From Desulfobacterales bacterium (GTDB lineage: Bacteria; Desulfobacterota; Desulfobacteria; Desulfobacterales; UBA5852), in the NCBI GenBank assembly GCA_963674755.2, contig CAXXVS010000003.1, positions 288,001 through 352,000 of the forward strand: 64,000 bases of DNA, in the 5' to 3' direction. Numbering within the stretch: the first letter of the stretch is position 1; each line of letters starts with the position of its first letter. Shown one piece after another: positions 28,445-38,325 of this stretch. The notes under the pieces were generated by a model. It was not told the DNA's origin. It saw only the letters and a list, made by a program, of their open reading frames with translations, and did not search any database. The position numbers and the translations under genes are program-made.

Positions 28445-29752
28445 ATGAGCCCGGCGCAACCTGAAATACGCTGCGATTTGCTGATCATCGGCACCGGTAT
28501 GGCCGGTATGGCCGCCGCCCTGTTTGCCGCCCGGCGCGGCATCGACACGGTTCAAGTGGGGATGACCGGTGAAATCAATTTTGCCAGCGGTTTGCTGGAT
28601 CTCCTGAGCGTCCATCCGACGGGGTCGCACCAAACCTGGTCCAATCCCTGGGAGGCCATCGCCCAGTTGATTATCGACCAACCTCATCATCCATATGCAC
28701 ATATCGGCGCTGAAACAATCCGGGCCGGAATGGAAGAGCTGATCACTTTTTTAAACGAAGCGGATCTGCCCTATCGCTACCAGCCCCAGCGCAATACCCA
28801 GGTGATCACGCCTTTAGGCACGGTTAAAACCACCTACGCTCTGCCGGAATCCATGGCAGCGGTCGAAAAGGCTTTGCAAGCCGCCACCCCTTGTCTGCTG
28901 GTTGATTTTCCCGGACTCAAAGGGTTCAGCGCCGGCCAGATCAGAGCCACCTTACAAAAGCGCTGGCCCGCTTTAAAGGCGGTGCGGCTGCCGTTTCCGG
29001 GACTGAGCGGGGAACTGCAAACCGAGCGGATGGCCCGTCGGCTGGAAACCCCCGGGGTGGCGAATCTGCTGGCCGCTTCGATTCGCAGCCACCTTGAGGA
29101 TGCCCGTGTGGTGGGGCTGCCGGCCGTTCTGGGGATTGCCCGCACCCGGCAAGTTTTTGAAAATCTTCAGGACGCCCTCGGCGTGCCGGTCTTTGAAATC
29201 CCCACCATGCTGCCGGCCGTCACCGGCGTTCGCCTGCGGGAATGTTTCGAACGGCACCTGCCCCGCATGGGGGTCCGGGCCCGCTACCAGCAAAAGATTG
29301 TATCCAGCCCGCGCCTGTCGGACGGTGAATTTATCGCCCCGCTGGGGGGCGAAAGCGCCGAGGTTCAGGTACGGGCTCGGGCCGTCATCCTGGCCAGCGG
29401 GCGGTTTTTCGGCCAGGGCCTGCATGCCGACCGGCACACCATTCGGGAGACCATCTTCAATCTGCCGGTCTACCAACCGGCCACCCGGACCCATTGGCAC
29501 CGTAAAACCCTTTTCAGTCACAAGGGACACCCGATCCACAAGGCCGGCCTGGTCGTCGACCGCCTGTTGCGGCCCTGTGACGAACAGGGACGCTATATTT
29601 ATCCCAATCTGTTCGCCGCCGGATCCATCCTGGCGCACCAGGACTGGATTCGCCAGAAATGCGGCAGCGGCCTGGCCATCGCCAGCGCCTATGCCGCCGT
29701 GCACGCCGGCCAATCCTTCTTGAATTTAACCCCTATGAATAAAGTCGAATAA
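28445..29752 (+). CDS. glpB: Anaerobic glycerol-3-phosphate dehydrogenase subunit B
   Basis: IIGTGMAG, EIPTMLP..G.RL, LASGRFFGQGL, NLFAAGS, CGSGLAI. Confidence 0.9.
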   Translation: MSPAQPEIRCDLLIIGTGMAGMAAALFAARRGIDTVQVGMTGEINFASGLLDLLSVHPTGSHQTWSNPWEAIAQLIIDQPHHPYAHIGAETIRAGMEELITFLNEADLPYRYQPQRNTQVITPLGTVKTTYALPESMAAVEKALQAATPCLLVDFPGLKGFSAGQIRATLQKRWPALKAVRLPFPGLSGELQTERMARRLETPGVANLLAASIRSHLEDARVVGLPAVLGIARTRQVFENLQDALGVPVFEIPTMLPAVTGVRLRECFERHLPRMGVRARYQQKIVSSPRLSDGEFIAPLGGESAEVQVRARAVILASGRFFGQGLHADRHTIRETIFNLPVYQPATRTHWHRKTLFSHKGHPIHKAGLVVDRLLRPCDEQGRYIYPNLFAAGSILAHQDWIRQKCGSGLAIASAYAAVHAGQSFLNLTPMNKVE

Positions 29753-29788
29753 ACGACTGCTAACCGTTGCCAAGGATGATGAACCCAC

Positions 29789-31432
29789 TTGATGCCGTCC
29801 CCCAACACCATCGCTAGCATCGCGCTGGCCATCTGCCTGGCGGGTGTCCTGTGGCGCATCTGCCGCTGGTTGCGTAGCCCGATCGGTCTGGAAAGCGAGG
29901 GCCTGTCCTTCGGTCGACGGCTGGGTGCGGCCTTGCAGGCTTGCCGGAAGGTTCTTTGCAGCCGGCGCATTTTCCGGATGGCTGCCGCCTCTCTATGGGA
30001 GACCCTCCTGTTGGGACATCTGTTGCAGCGCCATCCGTGGCGCTGGGCTGCCCACATGGCGGTTTGCTACGGCTTTTTAGCGCTGGTGGTCTTCCATGCC
30101 CTGGATGACTGGAGCGCCCCGCTTTTTTTCGCCGACTACGTCCCCACGCGCAATCCGTTCCTTTGGCTGCGCAACCTGATGGCGGCCGTGGTGTTGGCCG
30201 GTCTTCTGGTGGCCGTGCTCCGGCGACGGCAAGCCCCTTTAAAGATCCCCCGCGCGCGCGGTGACCGGTTCCTTCTGCTGGCGGTAGCTGTGCTGGTGAT
30301 TAGCGGGGTTGTGCTGGAGAGCACCCAAATCCTTTCCCCGGTGATTTTTCAGGAAATGGTGGAAGATTACATGGGCGCCGACGATCCCGGAGACGTGGCC
30401 GCCCTGCAGTCTTATTGGGCCGCTGAAATGGGCACCCTGCCGCCATCCCATGACACCATCGTCCCGGAGGGTGTCATGGCCGCCGGCCGCGAGCTGCATG
30501 AGAGCTATTGTGCGGATTGCCACTCACGACCCCAGGCGGCCTTTCTGTCCTATCCGCTCTCTCGCCTGTTGAAACCCGCCATGATCGCCTTGCGAGATCA
30601 TCGCGTGGACCTGTGGTTGTGGCGTCTCCATTTCTGGGCCGCCTGCCTGGCGCTGGCCTGTCTGCCCTTCAGCAAATTCTTCCATTTGGTGGCCACCCCT
30701 TTCAATCTGCTGGCCCGGACCGCAGGCCCCGTAGCGGCCACCCCGGCCCTGCAGCCCATGCGCCGGGCCCTGGCCCTGGATGCCTGCACCCATTGCGGCA
30801 TCTGCAGCCAGCATTGTTCCGTGGCCCCCATCTATAGGGTCATCCCCAATCCGACCATTCTGCCGTCGGAAAAGCTGCCGGCGGTCAAGCACGATCGAAT
30901 GTCGCCCCATTCGACGAATGAAGTGCTGGCGGAAGGCAGTTTCATCTGCACCCTGTGCGGCCGGTGCACCCAATGGTGCCCCTCCGGGATCGACTTGCAG
31001 GATCTGTGGCAGGCCACCCGCAACGATCTGGCCCCCGGCGGAAGAGCACCGATTCCGGGCCGTTCCGCTGCTGCGCCTCTTTCATCCCCCGTGGTTACGG
31101 CACCGGTTTCGCTGGGATTGAGCGACCGGCCGGAGACCTTCTGGGCCTGTGTCCAGTGCACCACCTGCACCAGCGTCTGCCCGGTGGTGGCGGCCAGCGA
31201 CGACCCCCGGGGCGATCTGGATCTGACCCCCCAGCAAATCATGAACCTGATGCGGCTGCAGCTCAAGGACCAGGCCCTGGGCTGCCGGATGCTGTGGGAC
31301 TGCGTCACCTGCTACAAATGTCAGGAACACTGCCCCCAGGACGTCAAGGTGGCGGACATCCTTTATGAACTACGCAATATCGCCTGGCAGCAGGGAAGAT
31401 CAGAGGGCCCGGCCAACGGGAGGTCCGTCTAG
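29789..31432 (+). CDS. Membrane protein: NarI/HdrE-like heme-b domain with an inserted CxxCH heme c, plus two HdrC-like 2x[4Fe-4S] modules
   Basis: TM helices with His residues (AHMAVCYG, RLHFW, PFSKFFH); CADCH at 30509-30523; CTHCGICSQHC, CTLCGRCTQWCP, CVQCTTCTSVCP, CVTCYKCQEHCP. Confidence 0.8.
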   Translation: MMPSPNTIASIALAICLAGVLWRICRWLRSPIGLESEGLSFGRRLGAALQACRKVLCSRRIFRMAAASLWETLLLGHLLQRHPWRWAAHMAVCYGFLALVVFHALDDWSAPLFFADYVPTRNPFLWLRNLMAAVVLAGLLVAVLRRRQAPLKIPRARGDRFLLLAVAVLVISGVVLESTQILSPVIFQEMVEDYMGADDPGDVAALQSYWAAEMGTLPPSHDTIVPEGVMAAGRELHESYCADCHSRPQAAFLSYPLSRLLKPAMIALRDHRVDLWLWRLHFWAACLALACLPFSKFFHLVATPFNLLARTAGPVAATPALQPMRRALALDACTHCGICSQHCSVAPIYRVIPNPTILPSEKLPAVKHDRMSPHSTNEVLAEGSFICTLCGRCTQWCPSGIDLQDLWQATRNDLAPGGRAPIPGRSAAAPLSSPVVTAPVSLGLSDRPETFWACVQCTTCTSVCPVVAASDDPRGDLDLTPQQIMNLMRLQLKDQALGCRMLWDCVTCYKCQEHCPQDVKVADILYELRNIAWQQGRSEGPANGRSV

Positions 31433-32286
31433 TGCAAACCGCCTATCTCTATTTTCCGGGATGTAAACTGACCCCCTTTCTGCCCCAATACGACCGGGCC
31501 ACGCGGGCCGTATTGCGCGCCTTCGACATCCATCTGGACGATACCGAACTGAACTGCTGCGGCTACCCGGTGCGTCACCGGAATCTGGCCGCCGCCATGC
31601 TGGCCGCCGCCCGCAACCTGGCCATGGCGGACCGGGTGGGCCTGCCCCTGCTGACGCCCTGCCAATGCTGCTATGGCCAGCTCAAACAGGCGGCCTACTG
31701 GCTGGGCGAAAACAGCGACCTGCGCATCTTCGTCAACCATGAACTGGCGGCCGAGGGCCTCCATTGGCGCCCCGGCATCCCGGTCCGCCACCTGCTCTCC
31801 GTCCTGGTCGACGATATCGGGCTGGCCAAGATACAGAAACGGATACGCCGGCCCCTGCAGACCCTGCCCGTGGCTGCCCATTACGGCTGCCACGCCCTGC
31901 GCCCGGGCCATGTCGTACAGTTGGACAACCCCCTGGCCCCCACGATTTTCGAGAATCTGCTCTCCGCCGCCGGTGGCGCCCCGGTGGCGTGGCCACTGCG
32001 GCTGGAATGCTGCGGCCACGCTGTGCGCAGCCAAAACCCGACCCTGGCGGCCGAGTTGATGCAACGCAAGTGTGACGACGCACGCGCCGCCGGCGCCCGT
32101 CTTCTTGTCACGGCCTGCACCTATTGTCAGATGCAGTTTACGGGCATCTACGAAACACCATACGTTTCCGAAGGCCGAGGCGGTGATTTACCCGCGGTAC
32201 TGGTTTCCCAGCTTTTAGGGTGGGCCATGGGGTTGCCGGACGACCAGCTGGGGGAAGAGATCAAAAGCCTGACAGCCCTCCTTTGA
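31432..32286 (+). CDS. HdrB-like CCG-domain iron-sulfur protein
   Basis: [32 protein letters not shown]; the GTG start overlaps the upstream TAG. Confidence 0.87.
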   Translation: MQTAYLYFPGCKLTPFLPQYDRATRAVLRAFDIHLDDTELNCCGYPVRHRNLAAAMLAAARNLAMADRVGLPLLTPCQCCYGQLKQAAYWLGENSDLRIFVNHELAAEGLHWRPGIPVRHLLSVLVDDIGLAKIQKRIRRPLQTLPVAAHYGCHALRPGHVVQLDNPLAPTIFENLLSAAGGAPVAWPLRLECCGHAVRSQNPTLAAELMQRKCDDARAAGARLLVTACTYCQMQFTGIYETPYVSEGRGGDLPAVLVSQLLGWAMGLPDDQLGEEIKSLTALL

Positions 32287-32383
32287 GCCTCGGCTCCGGT
32301 CTGTATTGCTTTTTCTTTGGCTTTTAGACATGCTGGGAGCATCCCTTCCGGATCGATCAATCCTTTTAATAAGGAGGCCGTGC

Positions 32384-33892
32384 ATGGACCCATACATCGG
32401 CGCCGTGGATCTCGGCACCACCAGCAACCGTTTTATTATCTTCGATCGCCAGGGCCGCATCGTCGGCGTGGATCAGATGGAGCACGAGCAGATTTTCCCC
32501 AAGCCGGGCTGGGTGGAGCACAATCCCATGGAAATCTGGGACAACACTTGTTCTGTAATCCGGGGAGCCCTCGGGAAAACGGGTATTCGGGGAACGGAGA
32601 TTGCGGCCATCGGCATCACCAACCAGCGCGAGACGGCCGTGGTCTGGAACCGTCATACCGGCCAGCCCTATTACAATGCCATCGTCTGGCAATGCACCCG
32701 CACGGACGCCATCTGCAACGATCTCATGGCCGACGGCGGCCAGGACCGCTTTCGCACCAAGACAGGGCTGCCCATCGCCACCTATTTTTCGGGCCCCAAA
32801 ATCAAATGGATTCTGGATAACGACCCACACGCCCGCCAGGCGGCGGAAGCAGGGGATGCCCTGTTCGGCACCATCGAAACCTGGATCATCTGGTGGCTGA
32901 CCGGCGGGCCCCGGGGCGGCGCCCATGTCACCGATGTCACCAACGCCAGCCGCACCCTGCTGATGAACCTGCAAACCCTGGCCTGGGATGAGGAAATCCT
33001 GGATATCCTGAGCGTGCCCCGCCGGATGCTGCCCCGCATCGTGCCTTCGGTGGACCGGGAAACCTGGGGCCATACCCTCCTGGACGGACCTTTGCGCGCC
33101 ACCGTTCCCGTGTGCGGGGCCCTGGGCGATCAGCAGGCCGCCCTGGTGGGCCAAACGTGTTTCGAGGCTGGCGAAGCCAAAAACACCTATGGCACCGGCT
33201 GCTTCCTGCTGATGAATACGGGCCACGAACCGATTGTATCCCAACATGGATTGCTCACAACGCTGGCCTATCAGATGAGCGGCGAAAAGCCCGTCTACTG
33301 CCTGGAGGGCTCCATTGCCATCGCCGGCGCCCTGGTGCAGTGGTTTCGCGACAATCTGAACCTGATCGAGCAGGCGCCTGAAATCGAACAATTGGCCCTA
33401 TCGGTGGAAGACAACGGCGGAGCCTATATCGTACCGGCCTTTTCCGGTCTCTTCGCGCCCTATTGGCGTTCGGACGCCCGGGGTGTCATCGTGGGGCTGA
33501 CGCGGTACGTCAACAAGGGCCATCTGGCCCGGGCCGTCCTGGAAGCCAATGCGTTCCAGGCCCGCGACATCGTGGAGGCCATGAACAAGGATTCGGGTGT
33601 TGCCCTGACCAGCCTCAAGGTGGACGGCGGCATGGTGGCCAACAACTTGCTGATGCAGTTTCAGTCCGACATCCTCGATGTTCCCGTCATACGGCCCGCC
33701 GTCACGGAGACCACGGCCCTGGGGGCGGCCTACGCCGCCGGGCTGGCCGTGGACTACTGGTCCGGGCCCGATGAGCTGCGCCGGAACTGGTCCATGGACC
33801 ATACCTGGGAACCCCGCATGGGGGCGGAAGCGCGGGAAAAAGCCTATCAGGGATGGCAGAAAGCCGTGACACGCACCTTTGACTGGGTTTGA
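32384..33892 (+). CDS. glpK: Glycerol kinase
   Basis: [52 protein letters not shown] 32384 follows AAGGAGG. Confidence 0.96.
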   Translation: MDPYIGAVDLGTTSNRFIIFDRQGRIVGVDQMEHEQIFPKPGWVEHNPMEIWDNTCSVIRGALGKTGIRGTEIAAIGITNQRETAVVWNRHTGQPYYNAIVWQCTRTDAICNDLMADGGQDRFRTKTGLPIATYFSGPKIKWILDNDPHARQAAEAGDALFGTIETWIIWWLTGGPRGGAHVTDVTNASRTLLMNLQTLAWDEEILDILSVPRRMLPRIVPSVDRETWGHTLLDGPLRATVPVCGALGDQQAALVGQTCFEAGEAKNTYGTGCFLLMNTGHEPIVSQHGLLTTLAYQMSGEKPVYCLEGSIAIAGALVQWFRDNLNLIEQAPEIEQLALSVEDNGGAYIVPAFSGLFAPYWRSDARGVIVGLTRYVNKGHLARAVLEANAFQARDIVEAMNKDSGVALTSLKVDGGMVANNLLMQFQSDILDVPVIRPAVTETTALGAAYAAGLAVDYWSGPDELRRNWSMDHTWEPRMGAEAREKAYQGWQKAVTRTFDWV

Positions 33893-33909
33893 TGCTTTCC
33901 TTGAAAATG

Positions 33910-33939
33910 AAAAAGCCGCAGCGTTAATCGCTGCGGCTT
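33910..33939. terminator. Bidirectional terminator between glpK and the YkgJ-family gene
   Basis: AAAAAGCCGCAGCG-TTAAT-CGCTGCGGCTT. Confidence 0.78.
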
Positions 33940-33974
33940 GTCTTGGCCTGTCATGGGTCGTGCAATAGCGGGGC

Positions 33975-34760
33975 TCAGGCCGACGGATCTTCCGATTTCA
34001 TTTTGAAATCACCGAGTTTAAACAGGATGAACTTGAGCCAGCGCATCCCGAAATTCAACAGCGCGATCTCATCGTTTTTAATCTCGTCCAGAGTGGCGGC
34101 ATCGATGTCGTAGCGCTTCAGGAAGCTGCTGCTGAAGACGAACTCCCGAAACTTGTCGATGTTGTAGCTGGCCAGAAAAAACATCTGCTTGCTCTGGTCG
34201 GTCAGCTTGATGTTCTGGGGGAAGGAGCGCTTGCGCACCACCAGGTCGGTCCACTCGGCATTGATCTCGTCATGGCGGTCTGCCCCCTGATCCTGGCGCC
34301 ACTCCTCCACCGTCCAGGTCTGCTCCTCCTCGAAGCCCCGGCAGTGCGCCTCGTCCACGAAAAAATAGAAGCCCTCGTCGTCCGCCCCTTCCTTGTGGGT
34401 CAGGGCGGCCACGCCCAACGGATAGTAGCGGCAGGTGGTGGGGCGATCCTGATAGACGATGCAGCCCTCCTCCCGGACGAAGGGGCAGGATTGCTGGTCG
34501 TCCTCCAGCAACTTCAGGGTAACCACCGGCAAATCCGTTTTCTCCATGATATGGGGCTCGGTGTAAATGGCCAGAAATTCTTCCGATGACAGCCCCAGGC
34601 GGTTTTTCAGCCGGATCACGTCATAGGGCGTCAGGATGATGTTGATCCCCCGGCAGCACTGGGTAAAGCAGGGCACCCCGGGATGGCATTTGAATTTAAA
34701 GCGATTTTTTAGGCCTACACGCATGGGGGCGATCTGGGCCATGGCTTCCTTATCGGTCAT
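33975..34760 (-). CDS. YkgJ family cysteine-cluster protein
   Basis: C..CFTQCC, CPFV, CIVYQDRPTTCRYYP. Confidence 0.85.
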   Translation of the reverse strand: MTDKEAMAQIAPMRVGLKNRFKFKCHPGVPCFTQCCRGINIILTPYDVIRLKNRLGLSSEEFLAIYTEPHIMEKTDLPVVTLKLLEDDQQSCPFVREEGCIVYQDRPTTCRYYPLGVAALTHKEGADDEGFYFFVDEAHCRGFEEEQTWTVEEWRQDQGADRHDEINAEWTDLVVRKRSFPQNIKLTDQSKQMFFLASYNIDKFREFVFSSSFLKRYDIDAATLDEIKNDEIALLNFGMRWLKFILFKLGDFKMKSEDPSA

Positions 34761-35136
34761 AAGATTTGATTAACCTCCACCATCATTCCGGGTATTAGAA
34801 AATGAAATAAACGAGAGCCATTCTCATTTGGCTCCAAGGCATCCCCTCCATAACGGAGTTGCCCGGGGAAGTCAAACGTGCTTGAAGGCTGTAAACCCCT
34901 TCCAATCGTGTTAATTTTTTGACTTTGAGCCCTTATTTTCCTCCCTCGGCCGACGGCCGCTCGGCAGGACTTCCCTTGCAGGCCCATCGACATGCCCATA
35001 GGAGCCGCGATGCCGGGCGGATCCGCGCCGCATGGGATTCAGAATCGAGATTTAATGCTTGATTTAAGCTTCCAACATGTTATGAAATTTCTTTTTGATC
35101 GGAATAAGCGATTAGTTTTCTTTGGAATCCGCAAGC

Positions 35137-35594
35137 ATGGCGGCATGGCGCAACTACCGGTGGGGACGCTGCTTTTTGAGGCGCCTGACAGCCGACGAAG
35201 ACCTCATCCGGGCCGTTACCGATCTTGGCGTGAGGGAGCCTATCGCCACGGCCTGCGTATCGATTACCGGGCGCATCTCACGACTGACGGTGGGCACCTT
35301 CGACCCGCACCAGCAGGTCTACATTACCCGTACGGAAGAGCGTCCCATGGAGATCGTCCGCGGCCAGGGCCTGCCGTCAACAGCAGGCGAGGCCCCCTTT
35401 TTTATGCCCATATCATGCTGGCGGATGGGGACACCGTGGTGGGGGGCCGGCTGTTTCCGGAAACCCTGGCCGCGGAAGCCGAGTGCGTGGTGAACGAGCT
35501 CAGAGGACCGGTGACGTTTCGGACCTATGATCCCCGCACCGGACAGCTCGTCCTTGCCTTTCAAGAAAACGCGCCGCAGGACAAGCCGTCCTGA
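35137..35594 (+). pseudogene. PPC/DUF296 domain protein split by a one-base frameshift (pseudogene or sequencing error)
   Basis: Frame 1 gives the N-terminal half (GRCFLRRL..EDLI..EIVRGQG); frame 3 gives the C-terminal half (YAHIMLADGDTVVGGRLF). The switch lies within about 35370-35403. Confidence 0.72.
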
Positions 35595-35647
35595 TCCGGC
35601 CGTTTGGAATAGTTGATTATCTGTTTGACGATCTAAAGGAGGACATC

Positions 35648-36709
35648 ATGGATATCACCATAACCAAGGCCGAATCACTGAAAGCCAAACCGGACGCCGA
35701 TCGTCTGGGATTCGGTGCCCTTTTCACGGATCATATGTTCAATATGGATTACGATCCACAGCAGGGATGGCACAACCCGCGCATCGAGCCTTACGGACCG
35801 ATCGCAATGGATCCTTCGACGACGGTCCTCCATTACGGTCAGGAGGTTTTCGAGGGCCTCAAAGCCTATCGCACCGCTTCAGGCGCCATTCAGCTGTTTC
35901 GCCCCCAGGAGAATTTCAAGCGCATGAACCGCTCCTGCCAGCTGCTGTGCATCCCCCAATTCGATCCGGATTTTCTTCTGGCAGCCCTGAAAAAATTGCT
36001 GCGCCTCGAACAGGAGTGGGTACCCAAGGCGCCCGAGACGTCCCTGTACATCCGCCCCACGATCGTGGCCATGGATCCCTATCTGGGGGTGCGGGCCTCC
36101 CAAACCTATCGCTTCTTCATTATCCTTTCGCCCGTGGGTGCCTATTACCCGGAGGGTTTCAACCCGGTCAAGATCCAGGTTACCCGGGACCACGTGCGCG
36201 CGGTGCGCGGAGGGATCGGTGAAGCCAAAACATCGGGTAATTACGCCGCCAGCCTGCTGGCGGGCGACAGGGCCCACGAAGAGGGCTACACCCAGGTGCT
36301 CTGGCTGGACGGGGTCGAGCAGAAATATATCGAAGAGGTGGGCTCCATGAACATTTTCTTCGTGATCGGTGACGAGCTGGCCACGCCGGCCCTCAACGGC
36401 AGCATCCTGCCGGGAATTACCCGCGATTCGGTGCTGGCCCTGGGACGCAAATGGGGCCTCAAGGTTGCCGAGCGCAAGATCAGCATCGACGAGGTGATCG
36501 CCGCGCACGCCGACGGCCGGTTGAAGGAAATTTTCGGCTCGGGCACGGCGGCCGTCATTTCACCGGTGGGCGAGTTGAACTACGATGGCCGCAGCTTCGA
36601 GGTGAGCGGCGGCCAGGTAGGGCCCTTGGCCCATAAATTTTACGAAGCGATCACGAACATCCAGTATGGCACCGGGGAGGATATTATGGGGTGGGTCGAA
36701 CCTGTCTGA
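35648..36709 (+). CDS. ilvE: Branched-chain amino acid aminotransferase
   Basis: FTDHM, LHYGQEVFEGLKAY, LYIRP, KTSGNYA, EVGSMN, LPGITR, GTAAVISP. Confidence 0.95.
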   Translation: MDITITKAESLKAKPDADRLGFGALFTDHMFNMDYDPQQGWHNPRIEPYGPIAMDPSTTVLHYGQEVFEGLKAYRTASGAIQLFRPQENFKRMNRSCQLLCIPQFDPDFLLAALKKLLRLEQEWVPKAPETSLYIRPTIVAMDPYLGVRASQTYRFFIILSPVGAYYPEGFNPVKIQVTRDHVRAVRGGIGEAKTSGNYAASLLAGDRAHEEGYTQVLWLDGVEQKYIEEVGSMNIFFVIGDELATPALNGSILPGITRDSVLALGRKWGLKVAERKISIDEVIAAHADGRLKEIFGSGTAAVISPVGELNYDGRSFEVSGGQVGPLAHKFYEAITNIQYGTGEDIMGWVEPV

Positions 36710-36775
36710 TCCGAGCCACCAATTCTACCCAACCGACAGGAATGCTATCCGCCCGGCAGGCCATGCTACCCAAGG

Positions 36776-38170
36776 GTGACGCAGCACATGAACCAGCACA
36801 GCGAGGACCATCTACAGGCATTTAAAACCAAAATGGTGGCCGCCGGGCTCGCCCCCATGGTGATCGAGACCTTCGCGGCCTACTACGGCCAACTGGTGAA
36901 CGGCGCAACCGGCATCATCGCGGATGACGCCATACGCCCCCCGAGGAACGGCGAGGTCGTCGAGGCAGCGTCTCTCGCGGCCTACCGGTCCACCGGCCAG
37001 GCCGCCTTTAACCAGGCGGTGCGGATTACCCTCAACGGGGGGCTGGGCACCAGCATGGGCCTTATGGGGCCCAAATCCCTGCTGACGGTCAAAGACCGTA
37101 AATCCTTTCTGGAAATCATTCTGGGGCAGTCGGCGCGCCTGAAGATCAAACAGGTCCTGATGAACAGCTTCAGCACCCAAGCGGCCACCGAACAGGCCCT
37201 CCGTGCGCTAGCCCCGTCCGAAGCACCACTGATGTTTACCCAGAACTGCTTCCCCAAGATCCTGCGGGAGAATCTGGCGCCGGCCGCCTGGCCGCCCAAC
37301 CCCGAACTGGAATGGAACCCGCCCGGACACGGTGATATCTACACCGCCATGACCACCTCCGGGATTTTGGACCGCTTGCTGGAAGAGGACATCCGCTATG
37401 CCCTGATCTGTAATTCCGACAACCTGGGCGCCACCATGGATGATGCGCTTTTAGGCTATTTTGCCCACCATGAACTGCCGTTCCTCATGGAGGTGGCCCG
37501 GCGCACGCCCTCGGATGCCAAGGGGGGCCACCTGGCGGTGGACCGCAGCGGTGGACTGATCCTGCGGGAATCCGCCCAGTTTCCGCCCAACAGTCAGGGC
37601 CAGGACATCGACGTCTATCGCTTTTTCAACACCAACAACCTCTGGGTGAATCTGAAGGCCCTCAAAACGCTGATCCGCCGCGAAACAACCCTGCGGCTGC
37701 CCCTGATCGTCAATCCCAAAACCCTCGACCCCCGTGACGATGACAGCCCGGGCGTCTACCAGCTCGAATCGGCCATGGGGGCTGCCATCGGGTTGTTTGA
37801 CGGAGCCCGGGCCGTTCAAGTGCCCCGGACCCGCTTTTTTCCGGTCAAGACCTGCAATGACCTGCTGGCAGTGCGCTCGGACGCCTATCGGCTCAACGCC
37901 AATCTGGTATTGGAACCCAATCCCGAGCTGACGCATGCCGGTCCTCAAATTTCCCTGGATTCACGATATTACAGTAACATTGATATGTTTGATGAACGTT
38001 TTCCCGAAGGGTCCCCCTCACTGGTGCATTGCCGCCATCTGCGCGTCGACGGCGACGTCCTTTTCGAGAAAGACATTTGCATCGCGGGGGATGTCACCAT
38101 CACGAATTCCCGGGGTGCTCAAACAGTCGTAAAAGCCGGCACCACGATCGATCAGGACTTGCAACTTTAA
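36776..38170 (+). CDS. UTP--glucose-1-phosphate uridylyltransferase, eukaryote-type UGPase family (not GalU)
   Basis: LNGGLGTSMG..PKS, WNPPGHGD, NSDNLGA, KGG, FNTNNLW, QLESAMG, RFFPVK, C-terminal beta-helix. Confidence 0.88.
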   Translation: MTQHMNQHSEDHLQAFKTKMVAAGLAPMVIETFAAYYGQLVNGATGIIADDAIRPPRNGEVVEAASLAAYRSTGQAAFNQAVRITLNGGLGTSMGLMGPKSLLTVKDRKSFLEIILGQSARLKIKQVLMNSFSTQAATEQALRALAPSEAPLMFTQNCFPKILRENLAPAAWPPNPELEWNPPGHGDIYTAMTTSGILDRLLEEDIRYALICNSDNLGATMDDALLGYFAHHELPFLMEVARRTPSDAKGGHLAVDRSGGLILRESAQFPPNSQGQDIDVYRFFNTNNLWVNLKALKTLIRRETTLRLPLIVNPKTLDPRDDDSPGVYQLESAMGAAIGLFDGARAVQVPRTRFFPVKTCNDLLAVRSDAYRLNANLVLEPNPELTHAGPQISLDSRYYSNIDMFDERFPEGSPSLVHCRHLRVDGDVLFEKDICIAGDVTITNSRGAQTVVKAGTTIDQDLQL

Positions 38171-38325
38171 ATCCCGGCGCTAGTATTCGTCTTAATGGCG
38201 TGTCATCCGACGGCGGCGATCGAGGATTCCGACGCCTCTTTTCCGTTGAGCGTGAGGGATACCGTCCGGGGACGCCATAGGGTCGATGACCACCAGATTG
38301 AGAAACGCTCGACGGGACAACGATC

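Noticed and set aside
32317..32335. Sigma54 promoter before glpK (TTGGC...TGCT)
   Set aside because: The GG-to-GC spacing is 11 nt rather than the required 10.
35391..35406. Programmed -1 ribosomal frameshift in the DUF296 gene
   Set aside because: In the zero frame the run reads CCC TTT TTT, which is not an X XXY YYZ heptamer, and I know no recoding precedent for this family; a simple indel is more likely.
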